This document shows positions 49,203 through 59,306 of a DNA stretch of 64,000 bases, in pieces (within the stretch, counting starts at the first letter, position 1; the number at the start of each line of letters is the position of its first letter). The notes beneath the pieces were generated by a model. The model searched no databases, was not told the origin of the DNA, and worked only from the letters and a program-made list of their open reading frames with translations. Origin of the DNA: Methanothrix sp. (GTDB lineage: Archaea; Halobacteriota; Methanosarcinia; Methanotrichales; Methanotrichaceae); NCBI GenBank assembly GCA_963682135.1, contig OY821645.1, positions 2,112,001 to 2,176,000 of the forward strand, given 5' to 3'. Position numbers and translations under genes: made by a program.

Positions 49203-49685
49203 TCATTCCTCCAGCTCATTCCAGATCGCATCGCCCACGTGGTGCAGCGACTTTACCGCCTTTCCATCTCCCTTCATATCCGTCCCCGCTACCAGGGCCC
49301 GGCCTATGGCCAGAGGCTTTTGATACCTCTCCTCTACGATTACCACCAGGTCGCCGACGGCTATCTCCGGATCGGCTGAGACTATGCCTGGCTTCATGAT
49401 GTCTGCTCCGTTCACCACAAAGCGCACGGCACCTGCATCCACTACCACCAGCCTCTTCTTAGGGCTAAGTTCAATGGCACCCAGAACGGTAAAAAAGGGC
49501 TGATCTTCCACAATCATCATCAAAGGCCGACCATCTACGAAGATGAGATCTACTCCCTCGTCGCTTATCGCCATCTCCAGAGATGAGCGGCGCAGGCGAG
49601 AAGTGTCGTCCAGTAAGGGCTCTATCTTCGCAATTACCTTCCGAGCGTCGCTCCCCTTGAGGTGATGCCTGGATTTTATCTTCAT
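49203..49685 (-). CDS. PUA-domain RNA-binding protein (DUF1947/Tma20-like)
   Basis: KIKSRHHL, VVVDAGAVRFVVNGADIMKPGI, HHVGD. Confidence 0.92.
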   Translation of the reverse strand: MKIKSRHHLKGSDARKVIAKIEPLLDDTSRLRRSSLEMAISDEGVDLIFVDGRPLMMIVEDQPFFTVLGAIELSPKKRLVVVDAGAVRFVVNGADIMKPGIVSADPEIAVGDLVVIVEERYQKPLAIGRALVAGTDMKGDGKAVKSLHHVGDAIWNELEE

Positions 49686-49713
49686 GCGAGGGAGAATATC
49701 CCGATAGGTTTAA

Positions 49714-49995
<282 letters not shown>

Positions 49996-50005
49996 GGTTT
50001 TCTAG

Positions 50006-50182
50006 ATGACGAAAGGTACTCCTTCTATGGGCAAGCGCCACAAGAGTTCGCATATCCGATGCAGACGCTGTGGCAGCATATCGTTCAATTTCAAGAGAAA
50101 AGTGTGTGTCCACTGCGGCTTTGGCAGTTCAACTAAGCTACGCATGGGCAGTCACAAGTGGATGAGAAAGGCAGATTACTAG
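50006..50182 (+). CDS. rpl37e: 50S ribosomal protein L37e (58 aa, missing from the ORF track)
   Basis: Hand translation [30 protein letters not shown]. Confidence 0.96.
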   Translation: MTKGTPSMGKRHKSSHIRCRRCGSISFNFKRKVCVHCGFGSSTKLRMGSHKWMRKADY

Positions 50183-50192
50183 AGGCGTAAAG

Positions 50193-51611
50193 TTGCACGA
50201 TGCCTGCGGCGTTGTCGGGATTTCCTTCAATGAGACGGGCAATAATGTAGCTAAATCCATTTACTATGCCCTTTATGCCCTGCAGCACCGGGGGCAGGAG
50301 GCGGCGGGCATCTCAGTGCATGACGGCAAGGCCATACGCACCCATCGAGGGATGGGCCTTGTCTCAGAAGTATTTGATGATGCCCAGATCGCCCTGTTGC
50401 GTGGCCAGGTGGGCATCGGTCATGTTCGATATCCGACATCAGGCCGGTCATGCATAGAAAATAGCCAGCCTTTGCTAGTGAAATACAAAGACGGAGCTAT
50501 TGCCATAGCTCATAATGGTAATCTGGTGAATTCCTGCCAGCTCCGGGAGCATCTGGAGCAGTCGGGCGACATATTCTATTCTACATCAGACACCGAGGTT
50601 ATAGCTCACCTTTTTGTAAAAGAGCTCCTGCGCTATGATCTACAGGAAGCAGTGCGCGCCCTGATGCGTAAAATCGTGGGCTCTTACTCGCTTGTCTTTC
50701 TCTGGGGAGACACTGTCCTCGCCGTGCGCGACCCTCTGGGCATCAAACCGCTTTGCATCGGTGAGATCGATTCCGGCATCATGGTGGCCTCAGAGAGTGC
50801 CGCTATTGATACGCTTAATGGAAAGCTCATTCGCGATGTCATGCCCGGTGAGCTGGTAGTTATCAGGCATGGCGAGATGAAGTCGTATCAACTGGCCCAT
50901 CTGCCCCATCAGGCTCACTGCATATTCGAGTACATTTACTTTGCAAGGCCGGACAGCATCATGGACGGACGACTGATTTACGATGTGCGGGTGAACATCG
51001 GAGCCAATTTAGCCCGCGAGCATCCGGCTAATGCGGACACAGTAACACCCATCCCCGACTCAGGGATTACTCTGGCCGTGGGCTACCACCAGTGCTCAGG
51101 GATCAGCTACAGGGAATGCCTGATGAAGAACCGCTACATCGGCAGGACCTTCATCATGCCCGATCAGAGCATGCGAGAGACCGCCGTGCGCTTGAAGATG
51201 AATACCATCCGGCCCAATATTGAGGGCCATAAGCTGGTCTTGGTGGACGACTCAATTGTGCGCGGCACCACCAGCCGCAGGATCGTGGACATGGTCAGGA
51301 AGGCTGGCGCCGAAAAGGTGCATGTGCGCATAGGCAGCCCGCCTATCCTGGCGCCCTGCTATCTGGGCATCGATATGGCCAGCCGCGAGGAACTCATAGC
51401 TGCCTACAAGACCGTGGCGGGAGTGGAAGCGGTGATCAACGCCGACTCCCTGGGCTATGTGAGCCACAAAGGCCTGGTGAACGCGGTGGGCATACCCAAG
51501 GAGAACCTCTGCATGGGATGCCTGACTGGGCTCTATCCCGTTGAGATTCCGGGCGAGAAGTGCATGAAAGCGCAGACCAAACTATCGGAATATCTGGATC
51601 AGACAACTTGA
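50193..51611 (+). CDS. purF: Amidophosphoribosyltransferase
   Basis: CGVVG, LQHRGQE, GHVRY, HNGNL, CIFEYIYFARPDS, VDDSIVRGTT. Confidence 0.97.
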   Translation: MHDACGVVGISFNETGNNVAKSIYYALYALQHRGQEAAGISVHDGKAIRTHRGMGLVSEVFDDAQIALLRGQVGIGHVRYPTSGRSCIENSQPLLVKYKDGAIAIAHNGNLVNSCQLREHLEQSGDIFYSTSDTEVIAHLFVKELLRYDLQEAVRALMRKIVGSYSLVFLWGDTVLAVRDPLGIKPLCIGEIDSGIMVASESAAIDTLNGKLIRDVMPGELVVIRHGEMKSYQLAHLPHQAHCIFEYIYFARPDSIMDGRLIYDVRVNIGANLAREHPANADTVTPIPDSGITLAVGYHQCSGISYRECLMKNRYIGRTFIMPDQSMRETAVRLKMNTIRPNIEGHKLVLVDDSIVRGTTSRRIVDMVRKAGAEKVHVRIGSPPILAPCYLGIDMASREELIAAYKTVAGVEAVINADSLGYVSHKGLVNAVGIPKENLCMGCLTGLYPVEIPGEKCMKAQTKLSEYLDQTT

Positions 51612-51616
51612 TTGGG

Positions 51617-52765
51617 TCAGGCCAGTCTATCCGGCCACACACCATGTACTACACCCAGCGCCCTGTCTACTGAGCCATGAACTCTGTCTGCTGAAAATCC
51701 ACAGAACAGGAGATATGCTTCCGCGTAATTTGGCACAGGCACAGACATCTGCTCCACAAGCATGACGGTCTGCATGATGGTAAAATCGCCCAGCTTAAAG
51801 GGAATTATTGCATCGGAAAAGAGCAGCTCAAAAATCTCCGGGCTTATCGGCCTTTCAAAGGCGGATGAAAAGGCCTCCAGAATTTCGCCAGTCCACTCGT
51901 GCTTCCTTCCTGCATCTTCATAGGGAATTATCACAACGCGCCTGGTCTTGGCGAGCTGCTCAAGCAGCATCTTGGGGTCCTGCTCTCCTTCAAAAACAAA
52001 ATTCAATTGATGCACATGCGGCATGGTAATGGGAACCTTGCTGGCTCTGATCGAGAACTTCACGTCCTTGAAAACAGTTGCTGCATCTTTTCCTTGATGG
52101 CCCACACCACTTCCGAACTCAATTGCGTTGGGAGACATCTTGACGATGTTTTGCGGGTCCCCGCTTCTGCGATCCAGGTTGCCCAAGACGGCCCGAAGTC
52201 CAAGCGGCCTCGCGGCCAGTACAGCTCTGCATAAGGAGGTTGTGTTACAGCTGGTGCATTGGATAAGTCTTGGAGATGCCTTGAGAAATCGATCGTAATT
52301 CTCCAGTCCGAAGAAGAACTCTCTTCCCAGATCTTCCTTTATCTTCTCCGCTATCCCGATGTTCTTCTCGGCCAAACCATTTAGTATATCGCCTCTCTGG
52401 GCACCGCCCATCAGCACCATGCTGCAATCGTGAGCTATGCTCGCTTCAACATAAGGTAGCTCCTGCCCTTCAGGAGTTCCAATGATGACTACATCCGATT
52501 CCTCAAAGAAATCGCCATAGCCGCCCACTATTCTGATCCCAAGGCTCTCCCAAGCGGCCCGGTCCCGTTCATCGGTCAAGAAGGCTCTTACATCGCACAT
52601 CCTTGTAAACTTGCGAAGCATGCTCTTGGCCCTGGCATGAGGACTGCGAAGCAGCACATTCATATCGCCGCCAATTCCTTCAGCTTCCTTGACTTGGTGG
52701 ATGGCAGGAATAGCCCTCTTGCTCTCTGTACCATCAAAGCCGACAATTCCAACATTCAATTTCAT
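51617..52765 (-). CDS. Divergent archaeal type II glyceraldehyde-3-phosphate dehydrogenase-like protein
   Basis: SCNTT catalytic motif, DVVIIGTP, RRSGDP, HQGKD, KVPITMPHVH; altered Rossmann loop. Confidence 0.75.
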   Translation of the reverse strand: MKLNVGIVGFDGTESKRAIPAIHQVKEAEGIGGDMNVLLRSPHARAKSMLRKFTRMCDVRAFLTDERDRAAWESLGIRIVGGYGDFFEESDVVIIGTPEGQELPYVEASIAHDCSMVLMGGAQRGDILNGLAEKNIGIAEKIKEDLGREFFFGLENYDRFLKASPRLIQCTSCNTTSLCRAVLAARPLGLRAVLGNLDRRSGDPQNIVKMSPNAIEFGSGVGHQGKDAATVFKDVKFSIRASKVPITMPHVHQLNFVFEGEQDPKMLLEQLAKTRRVVIIPYEDAGRKHEWTGEILEAFSSAFERPISPEIFELLFSDAIIPFKLGDFTIMQTVMLVEQMSVPVPNYAEAYLLFCGFSADRVHGSVDRALGVVHGVWPDRLA

Positions 52766-53088
52766 AGATCAATCACGAGGAGTATCTTATAGCAGGAATT
52801 ATTTTAAATTTTCTAGAATGTTTCATACAATCCTAAGCAGATATTCTGTCACTCTCGAAGCCGGGCCCAAGACTTGTTGATATCAGCAATGTGGAAGAAT
52901 TTGGTGTCACGAGCGTGGAAAGGTCTGGCCAAATATGTTATCCATTCGAAATTATGATCCAAATTTCAAATCTTGCTGGACAGTAAGGTGATAAATTAAC
53001 CAAATGATATATAATTCCTACATTTTACAATAACACACTACGGCCCATACTGGCATGAGTATAAAAAAGAAAAAATTTATTGATTTAT

Positions 53089-54381
53089 TCAAGCTGACTT
53101 CGGCGGTTTTACCATTACAAAAGCCACGACAATGCCCACAGCCGCCAGGACTGCCACGTACGGGAATACATTGACGTAGCCTCCCAGCATGTCTTTGGCA
53201 GCGCCTGCCATTAGGTTTCCTATGATGGCGCCAACACCGTAGGCGGTAAAGACCAGTCCGTAGTTTCGGGCGTAGTCCTTGGTGCCGAAATAAGTCGCCG
53301 TAGCTGCCGGCGCAATAGCCAGCCAGCCACCTAGACACAGCCAGAGTGCTGCGAAGGCAATCGTGTACATCGTGATTGATGCCGGATTAGTGTACATCAG
53401 CAGGGAAGCCGCGATGATGATCACATAGGACAGAATAGCCGTCCTGGGAGGCGTGAGCTTGTCTGTCAGAGTGCCGAAGATCGGTCTGCCCACAGCATTA
53501 CAGAAGGCGAAGGGAAGCACCAGATTTGTCAATGCAACCGAGATATTTGCCTCGGCAATTCCTGCATTGGCTGCTACTTCCAGGCCGGCGGGCTTGGCAA
53601 CGCCAATAGCCATAAGGCCAGCCAGTGCACCGATCACATAGCAGATCCAGAGGCCATAGAAAGCCTTGGTCTTGGACATCTCGTCCCTAGTGTAATCGCT
53701 CTTCTTTCCTCCAGCAGCTGCTGCAGGTGGCTTCCAGCCAGCAGGACACCATCCGGCAGGTGGGAAGACTAGAGTCATGGAAAGAAGCACAATAAGGATC
53801 AGAAATGCTATGCCCAAGATCTTCATGGAAGCGAAGACTCCCCCGAAGCTAGCTGATAGTATATCCGACATCTTGCCGGTGATGAACGCGGAGAAGCCGA
53901 AGCCCAGAAGGGTTAATCCTACCGCCAGGCCGCGCTTGTCAGGGAACCATCTAGCAGCAGTTGTAATGGGGCAATTATAGGCTATGCCCACACCAATGCC
54001 GGCAATGACTCCGTACAGGATCATAAGCATCATCGGCGAGGTGGCCGTGGACCCTAAGATCCAGCCCAGGCCGACGATAACGCCGCCCAGCATACCCACC
54101 TTTCTCGGTCCATATTTCTCAATGTATTTGCCTACCAACGGCATGGTCAGAGCAAAGAATGCCAGGGATGCGATGTAAGGAAGCGACATCTCCATGGCGC
54201 TTACGGTTAAACCAAAGCCACCATCAGCAACAGGAGAAGTAAATATCTTTTTTAGTGGAACGCTAATTATACTATAGGCATACACTGCACCAAGACAAAG
54301 CTCGATAATTGTTCCGATAATAATCAGCAGCCATCGTCCGGATTCGGGTGGCATGCCCAATATCTTCACATCATCTGCCAT
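53089..54381 (-). CDS. OFA (oxalate:formate antiporter) family MFS transporter
   Basis: About 12 TMs; CLGAVYAYS, RWFPDKRGLAVG, FGTKDYARNYG. Confidence 0.92.
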   Translation of the reverse strand: MADDVKILGMPPESGRWLLIIIGTIIELCLGAVYAYSIISVPLKKIFTSPVADGGFGLTVSAMEMSLPYIASLAFFALTMPLVGKYIEKYGPRKVGMLGGVIVGLGWILGSTATSPMMLMILYGVIAGIGVGIAYNCPITTAARWFPDKRGLAVGLTLLGFGFSAFITGKMSDILSASFGGVFASMKILGIAFLILIVLLSMTLVFPPAGWCPAGWKPPAAAAGGKKSDYTRDEMSKTKAFYGLWICYVIGALAGLMAIGVAKPAGLEVAANAGIAEANISVALTNLVLPFAFCNAVGRPIFGTLTDKLTPPRTAILSYVIIIAASLLMYTNPASITMYTIAFAALWLCLGGWLAIAPAATATYFGTKDYARNYGLVFTAYGVGAIIGNLMAGAAKDMLGGYVNVFPYVAVLAAVGIVVAFVMVKPPKSA

Positions 54382-54565
54382 AAGTTACACACCTTTTTAT
54401 CTCAGAGTGTTCTCAATCAATACAAACAAATAATATAATAAGTATTACAACCATTAACTCTAATAATATTTCTCATTAATCCCTCCTTATTCTCTCCCTA
54501 ACCTTTGATGATTATTCAATGGCTTGGACCTAATTTTGTCTCTCATATATTTAAATTTGGCGGCA

Positions 54566-54694
54566 ATTATCGCGATTATAGATTATAAAATTACACATAT
54601 CGCAAAAATACAGGAGTCAATTTGCATCTTATCCCATGCACATGCTTATGATCTAAAAAATTTGCCATAATCGCGCGAGATTATATATCGCTAT
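54566..54694. promoter_or_regulatory. Repeated WWATCGC motifs and palindromes in the divergent promoter region
   Basis: TTATCGCGATTA (54567), ATATCGC (54597), ATAATCGCGCGAGATTAT (54667), ATATCGCTAT (54685). Confidence 0.5.
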
Positions 54695-54784
54695 CGACAA
54701 TGGCGAATAGATCCATTTGCAAACCATCGTTAATGGCAATCTCTTTTAAGGGGAATGGAGAATAACCGAAGAGGTGATGCTAAT

Positions 54785-55354
54785 ATGCTAAAGGCCAACC
54801 CCAAGACATCATGGAACAGCAATGAATGCATGCCAACGGTTGCAGCAACGGCCTTTGTGGATGAATCCGCAATGGTCATAGGTGACGTGCGTATCGGCGA
54901 AGAGGTTTACGTGGGCCCTTGCGTATCTTTGCGGGCGGATGAAGCCAATCCCATCATCATTGGCGATAAGTGCAATGTACAGGACGGCGTTGTCTTCCAC
55001 GGCCTTATGGGAAGCTCCATAACGCTGGGAAAACAGATTTCCATCGCCCATGGTGCCGTAATTCACGGACCCATGAAGATAGGGGATGAGAGCTTTGTGG
55101 GCTTCAACTCCGTGGTTCATGCCTCAACACTGGGCAAGAAGTGCTTTGTCGGCCACGCGGCAGCAGTCGTAGGCGTTACTCTGGCGGACGGCAAGTTCGT
55201 GCCGCATGGCGCCCTGGTTGATACGCAGGAGAAGGCCGATCTGCTGGGACCAGTTCCTGAGAACCTCAAGCACTTCAATGAGGAAGTAGTAGAGGTTAAC
55301 CGCGAGTTTGCCAGAAGCTACAGAGTCAGAAAGAAATCCTGCGTGGGCGATTAA
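54785..55354 (+). CDS. Gamma-class carbonic anhydrase (no signal peptide)
   Basis: Hexapeptide repeats, LRADE, NVQDGVVFH, SIAHGAVIHG Zn ligands; GAGGTGA RBS. Confidence 0.92.
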   Translation: MLKANPKTSWNSNECMPTVAATAFVDESAMVIGDVRIGEEVYVGPCVSLRADEANPIIIGDKCNVQDGVVFHGLMGSSITLGKQISIAHGAVIHGPMKIGDESFVGFNSVVHASTLGKKCFVGHAAAVVGVTLADGKFVPHGALVDTQEKADLLGPVPENLKHFNEEVVEVNREFARSYRVRKKSCVGD

Positions 55355-55469
55355 GCGCGGAGAACTTATTCGAAAATCTCAAATTAAATCCTTTTTTCTC
55401 CGTTCCCATCGGACAAGAAATATATACATCCCTAGCCCTAAGCCCCACTCTAACTTTAGGTGATTTATA

Positions 55470-56498
55470 ATGGCAAAGATCAAAGCTGGCGTCTTAGGTG
55501 CCACTGGTGCCGTGGGGCAGCGCTTCATTGAAGGATTGAAGAACCATCCCTGGTTTGAACTGACTAGCCTTGCCGCTTCGGAAAGAAGCGCGGGCAAGAA
55601 GTACAAAGAAGCCGCCAAGTGGCGCCTGGAGAGTGAACTTCCCGATGATGTCGCGGAGATGACCGTAGTCAACGTCGATCCGCGAGAAGTCGATGCGGAT
55701 ATTGTCTTCTCTGCGCTTCCCGCCGCAGATGCTCAGACGGTTGAGCCTGCCTTCGCGGCTGCGGGCATGGCTGTAGCCAGCAATACCAGCTCTTATCGCA
55801 TGGTGGAAGATGTGCCACTGCTCATACCGGAATGCAATTACGAGCACCTGGATCTCATCAAAGTGCAGCGGGAAAAGAGGGGCTGGGAGGGATACCTTAC
55901 CACCAACCCCAACTGCACCACGGTCATGTTCACCCTGCCACTAAAGCCGCTCATGAAGTTCGGCATTCAGAGCGTGCATGTGGCGTCCATGCAGGCCGTG
56001 TCCGGAGCAGGATATGAGGGCGTACCCTCCATGGCCATCCTGGGCAACGTCATTCCCTACATCGGCGGCGAGGAAGAGAAGGTAGAGACTGAGCCGCAGA
56101 AGATCCTGGGGCGCTTTGACGGCGAAAAAATCGTGAACGCGGAGTTTTCCGTCAGCGCCAGCTGCCATCGCGTACCGGTCATGGACGGGCACACAGAAGC
56201 CGTCTGGGTAACCATGAGAGATAATCCCACACCAGATGAAGTCAAGAAAGCCATGCAAAACTTCGATGCCGGCCTGGGAGATCTACCAACCTCGCCCAAG
56301 AAGGCGATCATCGTCAAGGATGAGCCGGATCGACCCCAGCCCAGACTAGATCGAGGCCGCGGCAACGGCATGGCCGTCTCCGTGGGACGGATCAGGTCGG
56401 GAATCAGGTTCATCTGCATGGGCCACAACACCGTGCGCGGCGCAGCGGGTGCCAGCATTCTCAATGCCGAATTGCTGGTGAAAAAAGGCCTGCTTTGA
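55470..56498 (+). CDS. asd: Aspartate-semialdehyde dehydrogenase (archaeal type)
   Basis: [43 protein letters not shown]. Confidence 0.97.
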   Translation: MAKIKAGVLGATGAVGQRFIEGLKNHPWFELTSLAASERSAGKKYKEAAKWRLESELPDDVAEMTVVNVDPREVDADIVFSALPAADAQTVEPAFAAAGMAVASNTSSYRMVEDVPLLIPECNYEHLDLIKVQREKRGWEGYLTTNPNCTTVMFTLPLKPLMKFGIQSVHVASMQAVSGAGYEGVPSMAILGNVIPYIGGEEEKVETEPQKILGRFDGEKIVNAEFSVSASCHRVPVMDGHTEAVWVTMRDNPTPDEVKKAMQNFDAGLGDLPTSPKKAIIVKDEPDRPQPRLDRGRGNGMAVSVGRIRSGIRFICMGHNTVRGAAGASILNAELLVKKGLL

Positions 56499-57460
56499 TG
56501 CTGATTGTTGCTTGGGAGGTGACGGCAGCCTGCAATCTATCCTGCGGCTACTGCCGCGCCTGCGCCTCCTCTCTGCCTGATGCAGATGAGCTTTCCACAG
56601 AGGAGGCACTTTCCTTTCTGGACAGCATTGCCGCTTTAAAGCCCATGCTAATTTTAAGCGGGGGCGAGCCCTTGCTGCGGCCCGATATCTTCCAGATAGC
56701 ACGCCACGGAAAAGCGTTGGGCATGCGTGTCTCTTTGGCCAGCAATGGGACCACCATTACACCGCTGGTGGCAGACGAAATTGCCGCCAGCGGCATCTCG
56801 CGAGTCAGCATCAGCCTGGACGGCGCGTCGTCCGAGAAGCATGATCTGATTCGCGGCGAGGGTAGCTTTCAGGCAGCCATGCGAGGGATAGAGAATTTGC
56901 GCGGTAAGGTCGACTTTCAGATCAACAACACCCTCACCAGCAAGAATGAGTCAGATGTGGCAGCAATCTTAGATCTGGCCCAAAGAGTGGGGGCCTGTGC
57001 CCTGCACTTCTTCTTCCTGGTGGCCACTGGCAGGGGCCGGGAAGCAGATCTCATCTCGCCGGAGCGGCAGGAGCAGCTTCTCCGAGAAATCGACAAAGAG
57101 CGAGACCTTCGGCCTTTGGAGGTGCAGGTCACCTGCGCGCCCCAGTACGCTCGCATAGCCAGGCCGGGAAGAAGCCGCGTCGGCGGCTGCCTGGCTGGCA
57201 AGAGCTTCGTCTTTGTCTCCCGAAAGGGCGATGTCTATCCCTGCGGCTATTTACCTCTGCAGGTTGGAAACATCAGGGAAAAGAATTTTATAGAGATATG
57301 GGAGAATGCTAAACAGCTCGTGGCACTAAGAGAGAGAAATCTCAAAGGAAAATGCGGACGATGCAGTTATTCCTCCATCTGCGGAGGCTGCCGGGCACGA
57401 GCCTATGCAAAAACGGGCGATTTCCTGGGAGAGGACCCGGCCTGCCGCCTGGAAGTGTAG
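56495..57460 (+). CDS. ahbD: Radical SAM/SPASM enzyme of the alternative heme pathway (AhbD-like)
   Basis: [39 protein letters not shown] CxxC..CGGCRARA; adjacent to an ahbA-like gene. Confidence 0.7.
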   Translation: MMLIVAWEVTAACNLSCGYCRACASSLPDADELSTEEALSFLDSIAALKPMLILSGGEPLLRPDIFQIARHGKALGMRVSLASNGTTITPLVADEIAASGISRVSISLDGASSEKHDLIRGEGSFQAAMRGIENLRGKVDFQINNTLTSKNESDVAAILDLAQRVGACALHFFFLVATGRGREADLISPERQEQLLREIDKERDLRPLEVQVTCAPQYARIARPGRSRVGGCLAGKSFVFVSRKGDVYPCGYLPLQVGNIREKNFIEIWENAKQLVALRERNLKGKCGRCSYSSICGGCRARAYAKTGDFLGEDPACRLEV

Positions 57461-57462
57461 CC

Positions 57463-57912
57463 ATGGATGAGGTCGATTTAGAGCTGCTTTCTGCCGTGCA
57501 AGACGGTTTTCCCATAACGTCCAGACCGTTCCAGGATTTGGGAGAGGCCCTGGGGCTGGAAGAAGATGAGGTAATACTGCGTTTGGCTGGCCTGCAGAAG
57601 GACGGACTGGTGCGCCGGATCGGGCCAATTCTTGATTTGCGCAAATTGGGTCGCAGCGGAATCCTGGCAGCTCTAAAGGTATCACGAGAAGATGCAGACA
57701 ACGCAGCGAGGATCATTAATGAATATCCCGAGGTCTCGCATAACTACCTGCGACCAGATGAGAGCGGCTACAATCTCTGGTTCACCGTGTCGGCCTCGGA
57801 GAAGAGAATCCAGGAGATATTGCAGGAGATCAGGACCAAGACGAGCAGAAAGATGCTTGTGTTGCCCACTGTGCGCATATTCAAGATCGGCGTTAAATTC
57901 GACATAATTTGA
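57463..57912 (+). CDS. ahbA: Siroheme decarboxylase subunit (Lrp/AsnC-like, AhbA/NirDL)
   Basis: QDGFPITSRPF, VRRIG, VSHNYLR, YNLWFT, FKIGVKF. Confidence 0.85.
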   Translation: MDEVDLELLSAVQDGFPITSRPFQDLGEALGLEEDEVILRLAGLQKDGLVRRIGPILDLRKLGRSGILAALKVSREDADNAARIINEYPEVSHNYLRPDESGYNLWFTVSASEKRIQEILQEIRTKTSRKMLVLPTVRIFKIGVKFDII

Positions 57913-58000
57913 TAATTTGATATACCAGGAAGAGCATCGGTTACATCGACCCAATGCCCGGGCGGCCGGGCGAGGCGGATAATCAAGGAGCGGATATATT

Positions 58001-58270
58001 ACGGCTAAACCGATTCTGATGGACTTTTATGCGGACTGGTGTGGACCATGCAAGATGCAGGGCCCCATCTTCGATGACCTGGCTAAAGACTACAGCGATA
58101 AGGTGGAGTTTAAGAAGATCAACGTGGATAAGGAAGGCGATCTGGCCGCGGAGAAGGGCATCATGGTTGTACCCACCATCATATTGGAGAAAGAAGGCAG
58201 AGAAGTGCAGAAGTGGATGGGCGTCACGACCAAGGAAGAGTTGATAAAAGCCATCAACAAGGTTCTGTAG
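58001..58270 (+). CDS. trxA: Thioredoxin (apparent ACG start; first ATG at 58019)
   Basis: AKPILMDFYADWCGPCK, VVPT; AGGAG RBS 10 nt before ACG. Confidence 0.92.
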   Translation, partial: TAKPILMDFYADWCGPCKMQGPIFDDLAKDYSDKVEFKKINVDKEGDLAAEKGIMVVPTIILEKEGREVQKWMGVTTKEELIKAINKVL

Positions 58271-58318
58271 AGAGACCCGAAATGCAAGCACGCCGCAAGA
58301 AGGGGAATTAGAAGGAAA

Positions 58319-59287
58319 ATGGCAGGAGGAGACTATTGCCTGGAGGCGGTGCGAAGGATTAACAGTCGGGGTGGCCTTGCACCTCATCTCTCCTTACGCT
58401 TCGACTCTCACCTCTTTTCCATAGATACCAGCCGTGCTCCCAAAGCCAGTGTGCAGCCCGATGCCTATCTCATAACTCATGCCCACAGCGATCATTACGG
58501 AAAGTCGGCCATGAACTCCCCGCAGGCCGTGGCCTCCGTGCAGACGGCACGCGCTTTGGAGATTCGCTATGATCGGGAGTACAAAGGCCGAACCTTCGAG
58601 GTTGGGAGAAGCATTATTGTTGATGATGTGAAGGTGGACACTCATGCTACCGGTCATACCATTGGATCGACCGCTTTTTCCTGGCAGACGGAGATGGGAG
58701 AGAAGGTGCTGGTGACAGGAGACGTAAAAGACTACCATCATCTTCCAAAATGCGATTTCCTGGTCTCGGAAGCCAACTACGGCGATCCCTATGATCCGTC
58801 CTGCATCTTTGAGGATGACCTGGCCGGATTTTCCGAAGCTCTGGAAGACGGGGCAAGCTTTGGTGCCTATGCCTTCGGCAAAGCCCAGCGGGCGGTGGCT
58901 CTCATGAGGGCCATGGGCTACAAGGATGAGATCGGCATGGACGAGAAGAGCCTGGTTCTGACACGAGAGCTGATGAAAGATGCTGCCGGGCCGCTCACCG
59001 AGGTAAATGGGGATATATCCAATGTGGTCACCCCCTGGAATTTGCACCAGGTGCATTGTCGCAATAAATACTTCCTCACCGGAAGAAGGGATACGTCTTA
59101 CCCCACCATTCAACTGAGCGATCACCTGGACTTTCGCGGCCTGATGAAGATGATCGAGCACGTCTCGCCCAAAGAGGTGCTGGTCTACCATCCCGCTGGA
59201 GAGAGGTCCAGCCTGCTGGCGCACCATTTGCAGGAGTGCGGCCTGGAGACGACATCGTTGGACCTGATTGAGAAGTTCGTGCGATAA
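58319..59287 (+). CDS. Metallo-beta-lactamase fold (beta-CASP-like) nuclease
   Basis: THAHSDH, GHTIGS, TGD, SEANYG, AFGKAQR, LSDHLDF, VYH. Confidence 0.88.
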   Translation: MAGGDYCLEAVRRINSRGGLAPHLSLRFDSHLFSIDTSRAPKASVQPDAYLITHAHSDHYGKSAMNSPQAVASVQTARALEIRYDREYKGRTFEVGRSIIVDDVKVDTHATGHTIGSTAFSWQTEMGEKVLVTGDVKDYHHLPKCDFLVSEANYGDPYDPSCIFEDDLAGFSEALEDGASFGAYAFGKAQRAVALMRAMGYKDEIGMDEKSLVLTRELMKDAAGPLTEVNGDISNVVTPWNLHQVHCRNKYFLTGRRDTSYPTIQLSDHLDFRGLMKMIEHVSPKEVLVYHPAGERSSLLAHHLQECGLETTSLDLIEKFVR

Positions 59288-59306
59288 TCAGTTGGAGGCA
59301 AAGCAT

